This document shows positions 59,658 through 64,000 of a stretch of DNA of 64,000 nt, piece by piece. The notes under the pieces are model-generated. The model did not search any database. It worked only from the letters and a program-made list of their open reading frames with translations, and was not told the origin of the DNA. Made by a program: the position numbers and the translations under genes. Within the stretch, counting starts at the first letter, position 1, and every line of letters begins with the position of its first letter. The stretch covers positions 448,457 through 512,456 of the forward strand of contig JADJGQ010000003.1 in assembly GCA_016708025.1 (NCBI GenBank), written 5' to 3'. This DNA is from a bacterium (lineage in GTDB: Bacteria > Zixibacteria > MSB-5A5 > GN15 > FEB-12).

Positions 59658-59941
59658 TTTTCACCTCCATGAGATGAACGCCGGTTGGGGAACCGGTGAA
59701 GGTTGAAGATACATCTGTATATCAGAAGACTCAGTTCATGGTCGCCGGAACGATCAATGCAAAAAATGCACGGAAGTGATCCGGTGAAGCTTTCGATGGT
59801 GTATTGAGCGCTTAAAATGGAGTGGTGAAATAGTGACGACGGAGCTTGGCGAAACTTTTACCTGATCAGTCATTCACTCCAGACATAACGTAGCGTACCA
59901 TGTCTTCGTTTGCAAGGAGAAAATGAGTGAGACGAGGAGAA

Positions 59942-60834
59942 TCAACTAACAGAACCTGACTTACTCTTGTTCGGGAGTTGGATACCCGACAGGGCTAAGC
60001 CGATGACAATACATGCGCCGCCGATGCCACTGTGCATGGTGAACTGCTCTCCCAACTGTCCAGGCCGCCGCCGCCGCTCGAATACCGGCTCCAGTGCAAA
60101 GATAAGTGACACACGGAGTGGTGACGTGGCGCTGAGCAAACATCTGGATGACAAAAGGCAGAAAGTGTCGGAAAGAGGGCGAGAAAAATGATCGCACTCC
60201 AGGCAGCATTGGTGGTGACATCGAAAGAGCGCCCGGTGATTGCGGTCATGGCAATACTGCCCAGGCCAACCAATAGAAACTGCTGACAACTGATGGCGAT
60301 AGGATCGACACCCGCCTTGATGTACTTATCGGAAAGCAACAAGTGCAGGGCGTAGGCCATCGAAGCGACGATCGTCAGCAGGTCGCCGATGTTGACTTCT
60401 TTCAGGCCGCCGGTGAGTATCCAAAGACCGACCAGCGATATGACCGAGGCGATGATCTCCATCAAAGTGGGGCGACGCCTGAAGAGGGTCACGAGAAAAA
60501 CCGGCACCCAGAGAACAAACAGGCCGGTGATAAAGCCGGAGTTTGAGGCGGTGGTGTAATTCAGACCGACTGTCTGCGTGACATAAAGTGTCCAAAGAAC
60601 AACGGCAAGAAAGAGACCTTGGCGAATATTCGGGAGAACCGGTTTACGTTTGATCAGGAGATAGCCCAACAACAGGCCACCGGCGATCAGAAAACGATAG
60701 CCGACCATAGTCACGGCATCGACGCCGGTCAGCGCTGATTTGACAATGACAAAGGTCGTTCCCCAGATAAGGGCGGCATAGAATAGTCCGGTGTCGGACC
60801 AAAACTGTAGTCGTCGAGAGGGGGATTGATTCAT
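59942..60834 (-). pseudogene. EamA/DMT-family transporter with several frame changes in its last 250 bp or so
   Basis: The sequence is intact through ...IIFLALFPTLSAF. The expected continuation (..VIQMFAQRHV.., SLIFALEPVF, AAAAAW, LGEQFTMHSGIGGACIVIGLAL) is then scattered over three frames. Confidence 0.8.
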
Positions 60835-60868
60835 TGGCGTAACTTACTTCAGACAGAGAGGCGCAGCG

Positions 60869-61246
60869 CTACCGTGGTTTCCTGCGTGGGATCTTTTGGT
60901 TGAAGGCGCAGATTTCTTCTTCATGGAGCCACGGCGATTTTGGCTGCCATTGGAATTTCAGGTCAATACGGTCGCGGAAACCCAAAGTAGATCCCTTCGC
61001 TTTCGAGTAGACTGTGCTGGACTTCGTACCCTTCACCCGGCGGAGCGAGATCTTCCCTTCGCGATTAATAACGCGGAACCAGGGGAGTTTCTCGGATTCG
61101 GAGCAGCCATGTAGCACCCACCCGACAGACCGTGGGTCACGAGGATTGCCGGCCATTGCGGCGACCTGACCGTAGGTAGCAACCTTTCCGCGCGGGATCT
61201 TGCGGATCACCTGACAGATCGCTTTGACGACAGGAGATTTCGTCAC
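60869..61246 (-). CDS. Alkyltransferase-like (ATL/YbaZ-type) MGMT-family DNA-binding protein
   Basis: IPRGKVATYGQVAAMAGNPRDPRSVG...LPWFRVINREGKISL, with Trp in place of the MGMT active-site Cys. GTG start overlapping the upstream stop (GTGA). Confidence 0.75.
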   Translation of the reverse strand: MTKSPVVKAICQVIRKIPRGKVATYGQVAAMAGNPRDPRSVGWVLHGCSESEKLPWFRVINREGKISLRRVKGTKSSTVYSKAKGSTLGFRDRIDLKFQWQPKSPWLHEEEICAFNQKIPRRKPR

Positions 61247-62073
61247 CGCGATTTCTCTGTCAGATCGGTTGAAATGATCGGCGCGTAGATATCGGGGCGA
61301 CGGTCTACGAACAGATCGTTGCGGGGGTTGACCGCTTTGTCGCGCGACTCTCTCGGATCGATATCAACGGTGATCACCGCTTCTTCCCTCTCGGACCGGT
61401 GACAATGACATTTCCGCGGACATCGCAGACGACCGAAAGGCCGGTGAAGTTGAGGCCTCCTTCGGAACCGATCCGGTTGGCGGTCACGACCGCAACTCTG
61501 TTTGTCATGGCATGTATAGGTACAGCGCGCTGACATTTGCCTGGAATGACCAGATTGGCAGGATGGCAAATGATATCCGCGCCTTTGAGGGCAAGCAGGC
61601 GCCAGACTTCGCCAAACCACCAGTCGAAACAGATCAACATGCCGATGCGGACGCCATTCACCTCAAAGACGGGCGCGCCGAGATTGCCGGGCTGGAAAAA
61701 TCTTTTCGTTCAAATAGAGATGAAGTTTGCGATACTTGCCTATGACACCATCGCGAGTGAGCAGGATCGACGAGTTGTAGAGCTGTTTTCCATCGCGCTC
61801 GTTAAGGCCACTGACGATCGTGCAGTTATGCTGTCTGCAGAATGCATGGAGATAGCCGGTGAATGGGCCATCGATGACGGATTCAGAACTTGCCCACGCC
61901 TGTTCCTGCGAAGTGAAGTTGTATCCTGAATTGCAGAGTTCCGGCAGGACGACCAGATCTGAGCCGATCGCCTGAGGCATGAGACGGTCCAGGCTTTGCA
62001 GGGTGGCTTGCAGGTCGGCCAAAGCCGGTGCAAACTGAATGATAGTGATCCTCACAAGTATGCCCTCACGCAT
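61243..62073 (-). pseudogene. Carbon-nitrogen hydrolase (nitrilase superfamily) with two frameshifts
   Basis: LVVLPELCNSGY...KLHLYLNEK in frame 1. (NLGAPVFEVN)GVRIGMLICFDWWF...VTANRIGSEGGLNFTGLSVV in frame 2. EEAVITVDIDPRE...DRRPDIY in frame 3. Confidence 0.8.
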
Positions 62074-62243
62074 GGGGTGGTGCAGTTTCGACAGGCCCGA
62101 CTGGACTCAATGTCAGGTCGGTTTGGGCGTGAGGCAACCACTTTTTCGAAAGCCAAAATTGGACAAGTTTACCCACAACAAGTGACCCGGGGCTATGCGT
62201 ACCTAACAGGTGGCCCTGGTACGCAACCCGCAAGACACCTGGA

Positions 62244-64000
62244 GTGACCATGACTCGAATATTGATGGCAATTGCGTTGATCTCTCTGACCCTTCTCCCC
62301 CTTGAACTGACCTGGACCCGCATTTTCTCAGCAGAATTCTTCTATACCTTTGCGTTTCTTGTTCTTTCGCTGGCGATCCTGGGACTTGGATTGGGTGGTC
62401 TGATGTTGCGACTATGCAAGGCGGCGGATCGCGATCTGCTGTTAAGTCCTTATCTGGCAATCTCAGGGCTCTGCGCGCTGGTGGGGCCGATGCTGGTATT
62501 TCAATTGGGCCTCGATTTCTCGGCCCTCTTCGCCAGTATGGCAATGGTGGGAAAACTGCTGGTGACGGTTCTGATTCTGATGTCCGCGTTCTTTTTTGGC
62601 GGCATGGGGCTGGCCATGATCTTCAAGCGCCGTTCCGCAGAGATGCCCCACCTTTATATGGCAGATTTGATAGGCGCAGGGCTGGGACTGTTGGTTGGAC
62701 TCTGGGGAATGAATCAATTCGGCACTCCGGTCGCATCGGTACTGGTAGCCCTGCCTATTCTGATGGCCTCGTTTCTGCTTGCCGCCGGATGGATCCGGAT
62801 TCTCCCGGTAGTGTTGCGGTGGCGGTCTTTATCGTAGCTCCGGGGGGCGAACGGCGTCCCTCAACGGCCCCTCGACGGGAACATGCGCAGTGATCTACAC
62901 GCACTGGGATGCCGTCTCTAAATTGAAAATGTACGACTATGGTCCGGACTATCGCGGATTGAATATAGATAATGTCGCCAATTCGCCGGTAAATCGAGTC
63001 GACGGAAAATGGGAAGATATCAATCCTGATTCCGGTTGAGTGGGGATCGATGTCTCCTATTTGATACAGCAGTTTGATTCCTGCAGATTCCTTTCGCTGG
63101 GATCCGGCGGCGGCGGTGATGTTTTGCAGGCATTGGTGGAAGGTGCGACTGAGGTTCACGCGGTTGAGGTCAACCCGCACATCAACTGGATGATGCTGAA
63201 TGATGACACGACCGGTTACCACAAGGCGCCGTTCGTCCCCGATAGCAGTTGGAGCGTGGCACAGGTTGATTCAGCCAGAGCGGTGTATGATACGACACGG
63301 ATGCTTTTTCGGTTGCGGAGTTGCCGGGAATCTCTATCGCGATCCACGGTGACTGTTAGTAACCGAAGATGCGCGCTCATATGTCCGGAAATTCGGGGTA
63401 AAAAAAAAAAAAAAAGAAAAAGTTTGAGTGTCATCTACTCGCTCAGTTCGAATAGCTGGGCGGCTCTGGCATCAGGCGCGTTTGCCCTGGCAAAGAACTA
63501 TCTCTTACGACCGGGGCATTCGAGGATTTACTGGGAGGCTTTCCGACAGCGGCTTCCTGATGATGGAACATCAGGTATACACGCCGAGATTGGTATCAGA
63601 GGCATTGGCCGCGCTGGAGAACAGAGGTGCTCTCGGCGGAGCAAGCGGCATCTCTGACCCGTCGCGGCATATCGCGGTGTATGACTTGCCAAAATGCGGC
63701 GAAGATATTGCTTCTCTCGAAACGGCCGTTGACCGATTCACTTCGCTACTATGCGCTCCGGGCCGCTTACTCCGGAACGATTCGGCCAGATCCATCTGTT
63801 GTATCCTCCAGCGAACGAGTCATTGGCGAATAATCAAATCGCGCGGATCGTTAACGATGGCTGGCGAAAGCGCAGTTCACGAAGATAGATCTCTCCCCGT
63901 CTCCGACAACCGACCGTTTGTCGCGCAACTCGGGCTCTGGCGCAATTTGACCTCGGAGAATATGCAGAAGGTTTCAACTATGCCCGGAATTCTCCGGCTT
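62244..64000 (+). pseudogene. Spermidine-synthase-like membrane protein (multi-TM N-terminus plus methyltransferase fold), several frame changes, runs off the 3' edge
   Basis: TM region LELTWTRIFSAEFFYTFAFLVLSLAILGLGLGG. Then IYTHWDAVSKL, LSLGSGGGGDVLQALVEGATEVHAVEVNP, SWAALASGAFALAKNYL and ...DNRPFVAQLGLW appear in different frames. Confidence 0.65.
63400..63421. repeat. Homopolymer A16-G-A5
   Basis: Read directly: sixteen A (63400-63415), G (63416), five A (63417-63421), inside the spermidine-synthase-like gene. Confidence 0.95.

Overview
This is a 64-kb, gene-dense bacterial chromosomal segment coding on both strands. It probably comes from an uncultivated diderm bacterium. The FN3/FG-GAP/TSP3-rich exoproteins and a dockerin-like CCxGxxGNVN...DLSDLSLLI tail suggest an FCB-group/Zixibacteria-like organism, but that taxon guess is inference only. 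I found no rRNA, tRNA, CRISPR array, transposase or integrase. Layout: (1) 1-14.2 kb is a surface-protein block. It holds a giant CarboxypepD_reg-repeat protein that runs off the 5' edge, a 6xFN3 protein, an OM beta-barrel, and two paralogous signal-peptide proteins ending in a phage-tail-fibre-type S74 intramolecular-chaperone domain. (2) 14.3-22.6 kb is a six-gene minus-strand signalling operon: REC, PAS hybrid kinase, REC-HD-GYP, HDOD, REC, REC-kinase. (3) 22.9-25.3 kb holds a small OMP and a DUF4266/DUF3570 pair. (4) Next come an RsbW-like kinase, carAB and a DEAD-box helicase. (5) Then a Ser/Thr kinase-TolB fusion and an FG-GAP lipoprotein. (6) 36.2-41.1 kb has a cysteine-desulfurase-like gene convergent on perR-prx-dsrC-dsrM-like-dsrK-like, with no dsrAB in the window. 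(7) 41-53 kb has mixed envelope and transport genes, including ArsR-MFP-RND. (8) 53.4-56.2 kb is a low-GC islet with a C5-methyltransferase, Vsr and an HNH nuclease. It is bounded by an 8-bp inverted repeat and fused into the 3' end of a host gene. (9) 56-64 kb holds genes riddled with frame changes. The observations most worth a second look are the R-M islet with its methyltransferase broken in motif I, the DsrC/DsrMK module next to a peroxiredoxin, the non-phage tail-fibre paralogs (one carrying a pilin-like fragment), and the sharp contrast between an indel-free first 42 kb and an indel-rich last 22 kb. All domain calls rest on motif recognition by eye; no database search or computation could be run.
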